Assembly: GCF_036971445.1 (NCBI RefSeq)
Contig: NC_091473.1
Coordinates: 205,094,377 to 205,158,376 of the forward strand
Length of the DNA: 64,000 nucleotides
Source: Narcine bancroftii
Lineage: Eukaryota
Reading direction: 5' to 3'
A program made the position numbers and the translations under genes. Of this stretch, positions 23,111 to 34,565 are shown in pieces; the stretch's first letter is position 1; each line of letters begins with the position of its first letter. The notes under the pieces are model-generated. The model worked only from the letters and a program-made list of their open reading frames with translations, searched no databases and was not told where the DNA came from.

Positions 23111-24599
23111 CCCAAGTCAAAGGGTATGTCTGATATGGGGAGATGGGATGAGAGCTGGGCTCATTGCCCTGCGTTCCGGGATCCAAGAATGGCAAGGGAA
23201 GGAAGGTCCTGACAATAGATCACGAGGCGTTGCCAGTCAGTCTCCACCCACAAGGCGACTCCTTCTCTCTGCCATTGTTCAAGGAGGTGCTTCCCTTCCC
23301 CATCTCAGATCTACTCTCCCCCTCCCCGATTCCCCACCTTAGGCTACCAAGTGTAATGGAGAGGCAGCATCCACCATTGGGCGGTGCTGCTGCGCTTCTA
23401 TTCGCAGGACACACTACCTGCCAATCAAGGTCAGAAACTCACCCTAAGCCATCAAGGTGACCCTCAGGATTGGCCCAGGTGAATCACCTCAGGTCATCCC
23501 TGCTGAGCCCCTGCACTTGGCCTTGAGCCATTGGACAGCCACCAATGGGGCCCATACTAGCCATATGATTGGCCCCTCAGCTTTGCCCCCCAGAACCATG
23601 TGCTCCTTGTTCTGTCTCTTGGACTTCTCGTGGATCGTGAGTATCACCTTTCATACTGGATTGGGGTGAGTCCCGAGGCTAAGTAGCAAGAGCCGTGCCC
23701 ATACTGACCAAGGGGTGGGGGCACGCACAATTGCCTAGAGCATGTGTGTTGAATGTGTATATTTTTCCTCCTGTGTACTGTGTGTGTGTAAAGATTTACT
23801 TGACAAATCAACCCCACTGTTTCCTCTTTTATCCTCGAAATAAAAGTTGGTTTTGTACCATCCACCTCGGTCTGGTTCTTAACCTGTGGGACCAACACAA
23901 ACCCGAACAACACCAAGGCAACTGTACAACACTTTGTCCTCAACCTTCGCACCCACCCCTCACCTCTGGTTTTTTTGAGGTGAGAGGGGAACAACCACTG
24001 TCCCGGAGCGAATGCATTTGGTTGCAAGCCGCAGAGTCAGCTAGGGACGGAGCTCAACAGTTGGTTCTGAGTTTCTCCTTCCCCCCTCATCCTGAACACT
24101 GGGGAGCCAGGCCAATGGACCCATCGGGTCTGCTCCGATATTCGAATCCTGTTTTTCCCTCCAGCTTCGTTCTCACTGTAACTTTTAACGCCCCCTTCCA
24201 AATCAAGAACCCGTCATTTCTGCTTCGAGTCTTCCCGAGGACTAGCCGTCTGTGGCGACAAATTTCAACCTCCACTCCCCCCCACCTTTGGTTGAGGCAA
24301 CTCCCCTTCATCTCTGCTGTAAAGCAATGTCTTTCATTCTGAATGCGTCCTCTGCTCCGAGACTCACCTGCCACTGGAAACGCCCTCTCCACGGCCACTC
24401 TGTCAGGAAGTTTCGATGAGTCCACCCTCCCTTGCCCTCCCGAACACCAGTTAGCACCGGACCAGACAGGTTAACAGCTCCTCTTAGTGACAACCCTCTC
24501 CTCCCTCAGGATCACTCTTCTGAACCTCCTCCACAGCCTCTCCCAACATATAGGGCACAAAACCTCTCAAAATATCAACAGCAAGGCTTGACAGAGGTA

Positions 24600-25020
24600 G
24601 GGAGTTTCTCCTTGAAGTGATGGAGGACGAGGAGAGACTTAACAGAGGTGCATTATATTACAAAGGGTTTAGATCCAGTGGACAGCTAGCACCTTGTTCC
24701 CGGGGGAACCAGGGCACATAGCAGAGGACGTCTGTTTAAGGTGAGTGGAGTAAGGTTTTGGGGAGGTGCTTTTTTTTTGACTAATGGGTGCCTTCAGCAC
24801 ATTGCCGAGGATTGGCGGTGGAGGGTGGGACAATGGGAACAGTCAAAAAGGCTCAGACAGTTCTGCTCGCCTCGTGACAGGAATGATGTAGATGCTCTGG
24901 AGAGGAGGCAGAGAGAAATTTACCAGGATATCGTCTGGATTGGAGAGCACGTCTTATGGAGCAAGGTTAGACGAGCTGGGCCTTTTTTCCTGGGAGGAGT
25001 GATGGATAAGAGGTGAATTG
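24600..25020 (+). mobile_element. CR1/L2-like fragments (3' tail piece followed by an RT C-terminal piece)
   Basis: 24870-25020 encodes RNDVDALERRQREIYQDIVWIGEHVLWSKVRRAGPFFLGGVMDKR, close to the CR1 motif RKDVDALERVQRRFTRMLPGLE.LSYEERL.RLGLFSLE.RRLRGD. Confidence 0.55.
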
Positions 25021-25189
25021 AGTTGGGGGGGGTGGGTTGGGAAGTAGAATGTGAGGGCAGAGAATAGGTTGATGGAATATGTAATGAGTGTGTAAGGGAG
25101 GAGAGGCAGTGGAGGGAGCATAAAGGTAGTCCATTGGAGGGTTTGAAATGTGCTTATTTCAATCGGATTGAGGGAGATGGACCAGTGCA

Positions 25190-28140
25190 TGGAATTACAA
25201 TGTTGTGGCTGTTACTGAGACCTGGCTGACACAAGGACAGGATTGGCTGATTTAAGTACTGGGGTTGAGATCGGGTGGGATGTTAGAGGGGTTGGGGAGG
25301 TAGCATTACTAATCAGGCATAGTATCACAACTGCAGAAAGGAGGACGTCATGCAGGGATCATATAGGAGTCAGTGTGGGTGGAAGTCAGAAACAAGAAGG
25401 CAGTGTCCTCTAGGCCTCCAAATGGCACTCAGGACACTGAGGAGCAGGTAAGTAGGAAGATTATGGAATTGTGCTGAAATAACCAGGGAGGCTTCTGCTT
25501 CCCAAATATTGCCTGACACCTCCTTACTGCCAGAAGGCTAAACGAGGCAGAATTTTTCACGTGTCCAAGGATTCCTGATACAGTATGTGGCCCAGCCGAC
25601 GAGGAGAGGCCACACTGGATCCAGTACTGGGTAATGAACCTGGTCAGGTGACAGACCTCTCGGTGGGGGAGCATTTTGGTGACAGTGACCACAACTCCCT
25701 GATCTTTAGCACAACAATGGCCAAGGACAGGAGTGGACAAAATGGTGAAAGTGTTTAATAGGGTTAATTACTTGGGATCAGATGCTCTTGATGAAAAGAA
25801 GTAATGTGGAGGATGTTTAGGGACCACTTGTGTGGGGTATTAGATAGGTATGTTCCTCTGAGACAGGGAAAAGACAGTAGGATAAGGGAACCATGGTTAA
25901 CTAAAGAGGTGAGTCAAGTTTAGAGGAAGAAGGAAACATACATAAGGTTCAGGAATCAAAAGACAGGAAGGGCTCATGAGAATTATGTGGCAGCCAGGAA
26001 AGAAATTTACTCAGGAGAGCTAGGAGGCACGAGACCACCTGGGCAAGAAGGATGAAGATGCAAAGAACAGAAGGATAGTGAGAGTAAAGGTAGGACCACT
26101 TCAGGATAAAGGAGGCAACATGTGCCTCGAGACAGATGAGTAGAGAGGGTCCTAAATAAATCCTTTGCTTCAATAGTCACCAGACAAAAGGACCTTTGCA
26201 CATTTGAGGTTAGTATAGAATAAATATGTGCTGGAGCATGTGGAGAGTAAGAAAGAGGAAGTGCTGGATGTTCAAAAAAATTATGACTGAGAAGTCTTCG
26301 GGACTAGATGAAATCCACCCTAGGTTACTACAGAAAGTAAGGCAAGGGATTGCTGGGGCTTTGGCATCCTCCCTGATCAGAGAATGGCAAATGTGGTCCC
26401 TTTCTTTAAAAAAAAGGTCACCAGGAGAATCCTGGGACTTATGGACCAGTGAATCTCAAGTCGGTGATTGTCAGAAAATTCTTAGGGAAAGGATTTACAA
26501 GCATTTAGAGAAGTAGAGTCTTCTCAGGGATAGTGGCTTTGTGAGGGGTAGGTCATGCCCCACGAGCTTATTGAGATTTTGAGGAAGTCATAAATCGATG
26601 AAGGTTGGGCAGAAGGTCTGGTGTTTCTGGTTTTTGGTAAGGCATTTGACAAAGTTCTCCCGTGGTGGACTCATTCAGAAGGGCATGGGATCCATGGGAC
26701 CTCCTTGGCTGCGTGGATTTAGAATTGGCTTGCCTGAAGAAAGCGGGGGCGAGGTAGTAGATGGAACATATTCTGCCTGGAGATCAGTGGCCAGTGGAGG
26801 TCCGTGAGGATCTGTTCTGGGACCCCTGCTCTCGGTGACCTGGATGAAGAAGTAGAAGGTTGGAGGTGCTATGTAGAAGACCGCTGTGGGTTCCAGGCAG
26901 CATGGTTAGTGTAGCAGTTAGTGCAACCCTGTTACAGTGCCGGCGACTGGGGTACAAATCCCGCGCAGTCTGTAAAGAGCTTGTACATTCTCCCCAGGTC
27001 TATGCACTTCCTCCGGGCGGTTAGCACAACACCTTCACGGCGCCAGCGATCGGGGTGGGGGAGTTTCAAATCCAGCACTGTCTGCAAAGAGTTTATTCGT
27101 TCTCCCAGTGTCTGCATGGGTTTTCCCCAGGGCTCCGGTTTCTTCCTACCGTTCAAAACGTACCTGGAGCGTAGGTTAACAGGGTGTACATTGGGTAGCA
27201 CGGGCTCGTTGGGTCAAAATGGCCTGTAACCGCGCTGTGTGTCTAAATTAAATTATATGGGGATTGCAGGTCAATTGGGAGTGATTAGGTGGCGCGAGCT
27301 CGAGGGCCGGAAGATCCTGTTACTGTGCTGAATTTTTAAAAAATTACGATGAGATGGAGAGAGGATGCAGAGTTGAGCAGAAAAATGGCCGAAGGAGTTC
27401 AATCCCAAGGTGTTGCATTTTGGAGAGTTAAGTCTAAAGGCAGAGTATATGATCAATGGCAGAATTCTTCACAGTATGGGAGAATAAAGGGACCCTGGGG
27501 TCCGCATCCATAGATCTCTCAGACTGTCATGCAGGTTGATAGGCTAGTTAAGAAGGGTGAGGGTATGCTGGCCTTCATTCGTCAGGGGTCTGAGCTCGAG
27601 TCGCGAGGAAATGTCGCAGCTCTGTAACACTTGGAATATTGTGTTCGGTTCTGGTCGCTTCATTACAGGAAGCACGTGGGGCCTATGGAGAGGGTGCAGA
27701 GGAGATTTACAAGGCTGTTGCCTGGATTGGAGAAAGTGTCTTGTGAAGCAAGGTTAGCAAAACTGGGGCGTTTCTCTTTGGAGAGAAGACGGGTGAGAGG
27801 AGACTGAAAAGACGTCTACAAGATTACGAGAGGCGTAGATAGATTCGTTTTCCAGGGTGAGAGTAGCAAACGCCAGAGGATATCTATACAAGGTGAGGGG
27901 AGGGAAGTGTCAGGAGATGCTGGGGAAAAGTTTTCCCACACAGAGAATGGTGGGTGCCTTGCCAGGGTGGGGGGTACAATCGGGACATTCAAAAGACTCT
28001 TTGATAGGCACACGGATGCAAGACTATGGGAGGGAAGGGTTAGATTGTGGAGTAGGCTTATGAGGGTCGGCACAACATTGTGGTCAGGGGGGACGTGCCA
28101 CATGTCGGAATTTTCTTTGTTCCAGAGACACATGAAATCA
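25190..28140 (+). mobile_element. CR1/L2-like LINE, 5'-truncated (~3 kb): EN C-terminus, linker, RT and 3' region, interrupted by a SINE
   Basis: 26230-26880 encodes ...KSSGLDEIHPRLLQKV...SLKKRSPGESWDL... and DFSKAFDKV...GLIQKG (RT N-terminus). 27250-28130 encodes ...AEKWPKEFNPKVLHFG...KKGEGMLAFI.QG.E..SR.....LYKTLVRPHLEYCVRFWS.HYRK.V...ERVQRRFTRLLPGLE.VS.EARL.KLG.FSLERRRVRGD..DVYKI.RGVD. Confidence 0.8.
26900..27245 (+). mobile_element. tRNA-derived SINE, two partial copies in tandem, inserted in the CR1 RT near the FADD region
   Basis: ggcagcatggttagtgtagcagttagtgcaaccctgttacagtgccggcgactggggtacaaatcccgcgcagtctgtaaagag...ccagggctccggtttcttcctaccgttcaaaacgtacctgg...ggtcaaaatggcctgt. Same family as 46679-46925. 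Confidence 0.7.
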
Positions 28141-28539
28141 CGATAGGGATTAATAAGGCAGAAGCACAGGTTGTTTCCACTGGCAGGTGAGACTTGGAGA
28201 GAGACTCAAGATTCAGGGGAGATTTAGGTCGGCACCACATCGCTAGAATACTCTCTGTTCCAACACTCCTCCTCGAGGGTCAGACTGCATCCTTCCAGGA
28301 ACGTGGGAACAGGGAAAGGGAGGTATAAATTGACCAAAAGACGTGGCCTCCACACCCATATGTGGCAACAACTGATAATTCACTCCCTCTCGATCAGAGG
28401 GAACTCTTCCTCCTCTCCGTGCTTTTATTCCGAGGCTGTGCCCTCTGGCCCTGGACTCACCTGCCTCCCCTGCATTACGGGACACAGAGCCTCCCGAATC
28501 TGGCACCCACCCACCCCCCCCTCCCCCGTAAAGTCTCAC

Positions 28540-28720
28540 CTGAGTTCCTGCAGGCGCTTCAGCTGCTTGGCCACCTGACGGGAAAGGATGGGTATGGGAT
28601 CTGGATGCGTGGCCTGACTCCCCGGCCTGGAGCCCCGGAACCTTGAGCGACCCCTACCCTGAATGCGTAGGGAGGACAGGGCTTTGAGCATCAGCTTCCG
28701 TCTCGAAGGCAGTGGGTTGT
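28540..28720 (-). CDS. TEP1: TEP1-like exon (DNPLPSRRKLMLKALSSLRIQGRGRSRFRGSRPGSQATHPDPIPILSRQVAKQLKRLQELR)
   Basis: Acceptor tccctccccag|ACAACCCACTG and donor ACTCAG|gtgagac. RGRSRFRGS / ILSRQ..KQLKR match human RPRRRFLCHLSRQQL...EQLKREK. Confidence 0.65.
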
Positions 28721-29807
28721 CTGGGGAGGGAGAGAGGGGTAGGGAGGGGTGGGAAGGTGGAGAGAAGGGGGTGGCAAGAGGGAAGGGAGAAGTAATTGAA
28801 TTATTTCCTCCCAAATTCACCAACCCTTTGACCCCTGACCCCGAATCCCAGGAGAAGGAGCAACCCCTCCCCCACACCCGATCCCAATAACGGAACATAC
28901 CCCCCTCCCTCCCTGAGGCCCCTCCCCATCACCCACCCACTCGCCAACCTCTGCTTTTAACAAGGAAGAGTCAGATCTAGCCCCCCCCCCCACCGACTCC
29001 ACCTCTCCCATCCAACCCCCTACCTTCCCTTCCCCCAACTTGTTCCTCCATCCTCTTCTCCCACCTCCCCACATAAGGAGTATGCCAGGCCTGCTCCCCA
29101 TTCAATGCCTGTGGCACAGGACCCAGCTCCACTTCCCCTCTTGCAGTCCCCTCTACCCCAGATTCCCCCATTATTTAAGAATGTATCTCACTTCTGTCTT
29201 TACTCCAATCAATGAGGCAGTCTTTCTGGGAGAAGCAGTTCCTCCTTTTCACCATCTGAAAACTACATTTCCCCCGAATCAAGGCTCTGTCCCCATCTCC
29301 TAGTCTCAGTTGCCAATGGAAACAACCTCCATGCTTCCTGAATTAACCACCCCTTTCATAGTTTTCAATGCTTCTCTCAGAATGCTCCCCCATGCTTTGA
29401 GGTTCCAGCAATGACAGTCGCAAGGCGAGTCATTCTCTCCTCAGCGGCTGTTATTCTCCTCATCTCCGGAATCTCCCTGAGGAACCTCCTCTGTGACCCG
29501 TCCAAGGCCAGTCAATCCTTTCCCGCTCCCTTCTCCTCCCCTCCCTACTTCCTCTATCCCATCCTCTTCTGCCTCATCCTCCTTCACCTCCCTCCCATTT
29601 CCCCTGCCAAAACCAGTATTGTCTCGCTCTCCACCCCTCCCTGTCTCCCTCACTCCCTCTCTCCTCACCCTCCCTGCCACCCTCCCAGGGACTTCCACAC
29701 CCCCTACTCCCCCATTTCCCGATCCAGGACGCTGCATTCCCTCTCCCAGTCCCATCCTGGAGACCCAGTGCCATCACTCTCCCCCATCCCCACTCCCACC
29801 AACTCAC

Positions 29808-29898
29808 CCTTGTGCTCCAGTGCTTCCCGCAGCTTGGAGACCACACGGAGGGCCGTCAGGAATCGGAAAGGGAACTGGCGGCTGTGGACAATGCACCT
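29808..29898 (-). CDS. TEP1: TEP1-like exon (RCIVHSRQFPFRFLTALRVVSKLREALEHK)
   Basis: Acceptor cccccag|AGGTGCATT and donor CACAAGG|gtgagtt. Matches human SVIHSRQFPFRFLNAHDAIDALEAQLRNQ. Confidence 0.8.
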
Positions 29899-29899
29899 C

Positions 29900-30480
29900 T
29901 GGGGGAAGAGATGGTGAGGAGGGTTATCAGGAGAGAACAACTGGGGTGGGGGGAGAGGGTGGACAGAGGGAGATGGGTGAGGAAGGGGTTGGAGATGGAG
30001 GGGGCAGATGAGTGGGGTGAGACAAGGGGGAAAGAGAGGGGGATCAGAGGGGGGGTCAAGGGAGGGGTGGTAATGGAAAGGGGGGGTCAAGGGAAGTTGG
30101 GAAAATGAGTCAAAGGTGGTGGTTGGGAGGGTTGAGAGAGGGAGGATTGAGGGATGGCAAGTGAGGGAGGTGAGATGGATGGGGAGGGAGAGGGATCGAG
30201 GGGAGGAATGGATTGGGGAAGGAGGGGAACTATGGAGGGGGACGATGAAGGAAAGATGAAAGACAGGGTGTGAGGCAGTGGGGAAACAATGTGGTGGGGG
30301 TAGGGGGGTCGAGGGACAGGGGCATCGGGAGATAGGGAGGGAAAGTAGGAGGGAGATAGTGAGAGGGAGAGGTGGGATAGGAAAGGGGGAGAGGGTGAGG
30401 AGGAGGGAGAGATAGTGAGGGGGAAGGGGGAGGGAGGCCAATATCTCCACAGACAGTCCACACCTCCTTGCCTGGCCCCG
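29900..30480. repeat. Purine-rich (GGGAGG/GGGGAG) simple repeat
   Basis: Direct reading. Overlapping ORFs are low-complexity. Confidence 0.85.
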
Positions 30481-30726
30481 TTCCATGTTGCCAAAACAAG
30501 CCATGCATCCTCAGCAATCCCTAGTCCCTGCTTCCAACACCCCTCTCTATCCCCTCCCTCCTCAGGCTCCGCTCCATAGCCAGAGCCCTGCCCCTACCTC
30601 TGAAACTCCTCCCCCTGTACAACCCAGCCCCCACCCCTTCATTTCCGAAGGCTTGCCTCTTCCAGCCCACCCATGGCCCTATGGACAGAGGATCCCTTCC
30701 CCACCCCCAACCCGGCAAGAACTTAC

Positions 30727-30836
30727 TTCGTCGGAGAATTGGGCGAGGAGCTTCCGGTGGTGGCGGGCGCTCAGCCCCCGACTGATCATGTTGCGCAGGT
30801 TGCGAAGGGCAGCCATGAAGGGCAGCTTCTGGTTAT
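30727..30836 (-). CDS. TEP1: TEP1-like exon (DNQKLPFMAALRNLRNMISRGLSARHHRKLLAQFSDE)
   Basis: Acceptor cctacag|ATAACCAG and donor GACGAA|gtaagt. Matches human ENGKLPFMAMLRNLCNLLRVGISSRHHELILQRLQHAK. Confidence 0.8.
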
Positions 30837-30899
30837 CTGTAGGAGAGGGGTGAGGGGTGGGTGGTGCGGTAAGTCACGTCAATTAACCTGTTCTGGTCA

Positions 30900-31450
30900 A
30901 AGAAAACATTCGCAATCAGGCAAGGGAGGGTCCCAGGAAGATAGGAGAATAGATGGGAGAGTCCCAAGGAAAGGGGACAATCCCGGGGAGATGGAACAAT
31001 CCTGGGGAGTGGGGAGAGTCCTGGGGAGATAGGAGAGGAGATGGGAGGGTCCCAGAGAGATGGGAGGGTCCCAGGAGTGGAAGGTTCCTGGGGAGATGGG
31101 AAGGTCAAAATGAGTGGAAGGTTGTCAGGGAGTGATAGGTTTCGGGGAGGAGGAGGAGATGGGACAGTCCTGGGGAGATGGGAGGGTCCTGGGGAGATGA
31201 GAAGGTCACGATGAGTGGGAGGGTGTTAGGGAGTGATAGGTTTTGGGGAGGAAAGGGAGATTGGAGGGTCCCGAGGAGATGGGAGGGTCCCAGGGAAAAG
31301 GGACAGTTCCTGGGAGATGGGAGGGTCCCAGTGAGTTGACAGTTTCTGGGGAGGTCAGGATGAATGGGAGGGTGTCAGGGAGTGGTGGGTTCCGGGGAGA
31401 TGGGTGGGTTGCATGGAGATGGGGGGGGCGGGGGTCACAGGGAGATGCTA
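30900..31450. repeat. ~21-bp tandem repeat (gggagggtcccaggggagatg-like)
   Basis: Direct reading. Confidence 0.75.
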
Positions 31451-31479
31451 AGGACCCTTGGAGATGGTGGGGTCCTGCA

Positions 31480-31640
31480 AAGAGATGGGGGTTTTAAGGT
31501 GGGAAGGGGTGAGATTTTAAGGGGACCTGCAAGGGGCACCTTCTACACACAGAGGGTGATGGGTTTGTGGGACGAGCTGCCAGAGGAAGTGGTAGAGGTG
31601 GGGATGGGGTGGAATTACAAAAGTTCAGACATATGAATGG
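31480..31640 (+). mobile_element. CR1/L2-like 3'-end fragment
   Basis: Encodes GTFYTQRVMGLWDELPEEVVEVGM (the CR1 FFTQRVV..WN.LP..VVEA motif). Confidence 0.6.
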
Positions 31641-32023
31641 GACACAGAAGGGGAAGGTTTAGAGGGAAATGGGGCAGCTGCAGGGACACAGGGGAAAAAA
31701 TCAAGGGTCAGATTCACTGACGATGAACACACTTCAGGGCAGGTTGTGATCCTTGGCCTGGTTTGCCTCATCCATTGCCACTGACTAATTGACTGGAAAG
31801 AGGTCTCCAATGGTTGGGGCTTTTATTTTGGATCTGCTGTACAACAGGGCAGAAAGAGCCAGAATTGCCTCTCACTGACAGCAGAGCAGAGAGGGAGAGA
31901 ATAGCCTCCTGCTGTCTCGAGAGCCGGCTAGAGAGGGGCAGGACAAGCTCCTGTGTTCCCTGAGGGGAAGCCAGAGAGGGGCTGACCATTTACCCACCCC
32001 CCCCCTGCCACCACAGAGCCTCA

Positions 32024-32181
32024 CCGATGAGCCGTTCCCAGCAACGGGCGCTGTTCCCATGAAGGCAAAGTTCCCTCTCCCAGGTGTCCGGCACTGGAAG
32101 CTTCATTCTGGTCCCTGCTCTTTGTGAGTCCCAGGGCCCTGGCAACCGGGCTTTGGCAAAGGACTGCAGGTCACAGGGGTA
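32024..32181 (-). CDS. TEP1: TEP1-like exon (YPCDLQSFAKARLPGPWDSQRAGTRMKLPVPDTWERELCLHGNSARCWERLIG)
   Basis: Acceptor ccccaacag|GTACCCCTG and donor CTCATCG|gtgaggctc. Matches human YPSNLQLFSRSRLPGPWDSSRAGKRMKLSRPETWERELSLRGNKASVWEELIE. Confidence 0.8.
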
Positions 32182-32789
32182 CCTGTTGGGGTGGGGAGGG
32201 GGAAGGGAGGGGTGGGAGAGGAGAAGGTGGTGAAAGAGGGGGAAAAGAGAGGGGGAATGGGGAAGAGGGGGGGTGAAGAGAGGGAGAAGACAGGCAAGTG
32301 AGAGGAGAGGAGGGAGGGGGTGAGGGGGAAGGGAGGCAGGGAGATATTTGGGGAGATAGCAGGGAGGGCAGTGATGGAGAAGAAAGTGGAAGAAGAGGGG
32401 GAGAAGAGAGGGAGGAGGGGGAAGGGCATGTGGTTTCAGTGGGCAACAGGCAAGGTGGGTCAGGGACAGTGGGGGAGAGAGAGTGCGGGGAGGAGGGGGT
32501 GAGGGAGGAAAAAGTGAATGAGGGGAAGAGGGAACAGAAGGGAGGAGATGGCGATGAAGATGGAGAGAGAGGAAAAAAAGAGAGTGAATTGACAGCCTCA
32601 GGCAGACGGAAGTGCCCCCAGACACCTTTGACCCACTCTCACCTTCGACCCAGCAGGCACATGATGTGATTGGCTGGTTCCCTTAGGTGCAGCCACTGGA
32701 CCAGCTTCTTCAGAGTGAAGGGGTCTGCTGGCTTCATCTTTTCTCCCCTATCCGGGTTCAATCTACCCCCCTGCAAGCAAAGGAACACC

Positions 32790-33460
32790 AGGATCACTCA
32801 CCCAGTCAAGAGGTGCGCCTTCCCATTTACCCCAACTATCCACATTTCCAATGGACCCCAACCCTTCCCATTCATTCCACTGTCCACATTCCCAATGCAT
32901 CCCCAGCCCTTCCCATTCACTCCCACTGTCCACATTATCAATGGATCCCCAGTCCCCCACTATCCACATTCCCAATGATCCCCACCCCTTTCCCACTGTC
33001 CACATTCCCAATGGATCCCCCACCCCTTCCCATTCACTCCCACTGTCCACATTCTAAATGGATCCCACCCCTTCCCATTCACTCCCATTGTCGACATTCC
33101 CAATGATCCCCACCTCTACCTATTTAGTCCTACTGTCCACATTCCAAATGGATCCCCACCACTCCCACTGCCCACATTCCCAATGGATTACCACCCCTTC
33201 CCATTCACTCTCATTGTCCACATTCCAAATGGATCCCACCCCTTCCCATTCACTCCCACTGCCCATATTCCCAATGGTCCCCACCCCTTCCCATTCACTC
33301 CCACTGTCCATATTCCCAATGGTCCCCACCCCTTCCCATTCTCTCCCACTGTCCACATTCCCAATGGATCCCACCCCTTTCCATTCACTTCCACTGTCCA
33401 CATTCCCAATGGTCCCCACCCCTTCCCATTCTCTCCCACTGTCCACATTCCCGATGGCTA
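32790..33460. repeat. Satellite family S1 (~57-60-bp unit), second array, ~11 copies
   Basis: Same unit as 6290-6790 (ttcccattcactcccactgtccacattcccaatggatccccacccc). Confidence 0.85.
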
Positions 33461-33539
33461 ACTGGCTAAGCGAGGAATCCTCTTTGTCATGCCAAAACTA
33501 TACTATCCACAGTGTATACATGTGAACAGATATTGAATG

Positions 33540-33900
33540 TAAACAAACTGTTCAGGACAGAGAAAACAATAAGAAAATCAATGAAGTACAAGAGTCCTTA
33601 AATGAGTTTGTCGATGAGGAGTCTGATGGTAGACGGGTAGCATCTGTTCCTGAACCTGGTTGGTGCGAGTCTTGGGGCACCTCTACCTCATTCCTGATGG
33701 CAACAGCGAGAAAAGAGCTGCACCTAAGGGTGGTGTGGATCCCCCATGATCATGGATTATATGGGAAGGTAAAGATCTCTATCCGATGAAACATCGGTTA
33801 TACCCAGAGGAAGGGCTCAGGCCCAAAACATCGGTAATATATCTTTACCTCCTATGGTCCCTGCGAGACCTGCTGAGTTCCTCCAGCATTTCTGTATTTT
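33540..33900. repeat. Unclassified interspersed repeat whose motif I recall from cartilaginous-fish genomes (...gacctgctgagttcctccagcatttctgtattttgac)
   Basis: Recognition is from memory only. Confidence 0.35.
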
Positions 33901-34079
33901 GACTGCAACCAAGGCGTCTGCAGACTTTTGGGTTTCACAACATCCCAGTCAATCTCCTCTGTACCCTCTCCGCCGAGGAGCAGATAAGCAGGCAGGTTTT
34001 GGAATGATGCGGGAAATACGAGGTTGCTGTCATGGAAGACTTCAATGATTGGCACTTCCTGACTGTGAGGGATTGACGG

Positions 34080-34565
34080 GACTGAATTTGTCGGCTGTGT
34101 TCAAGAAAGATTCAAGAGTGTGTGAGCCAGCCGACAGGAGGAGAATGAACCTGGTCAGGTGGCAGACCTCTCGCTGGGTGAGAGTGACCTCAACTCCCTA
34201 GGCTTTAGCACAGCTATGGATAAGGATAAAAGCAGGCAAAATGGGAAAGTTTTTAATTGAGGAAGGGCTAATTAGAATGGGGTGAATGAGAGTAAATTGG
34301 AAACAGATGTTCAAAGGTGAAAGTTTAGGGACCACCTGTTGGGTTCAGGTTAGGTTTGTCCCAATGGAATAGGGAAAAGAGGGACCTGTGGTTGACGAAA
34401 CAGGTGAGGCAGCCAGTCAAGAGGTTGAAGGAAGCAGACACTAGATGTAGGAAGCAGGAAACCGGAAGTGTTCATGAGAAGTACGTTAGTCAGGAATCTT
34501 ACAGGCTTAGGAGAGCTCGAAGTGGGAATGAGAAAGCCTTGGCATGTAAAATAAAGAGAACCCCA
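34080..34565 (+). mobile_element. CR1/L2-like fragment (EN C-terminus and linker), truncated by the LINE-A insertion
   Basis: Homologous to 25500-26230 of the CR1 copy (…NEPGQV.DLS.GE..L…RDHL). Confidence 0.55.
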
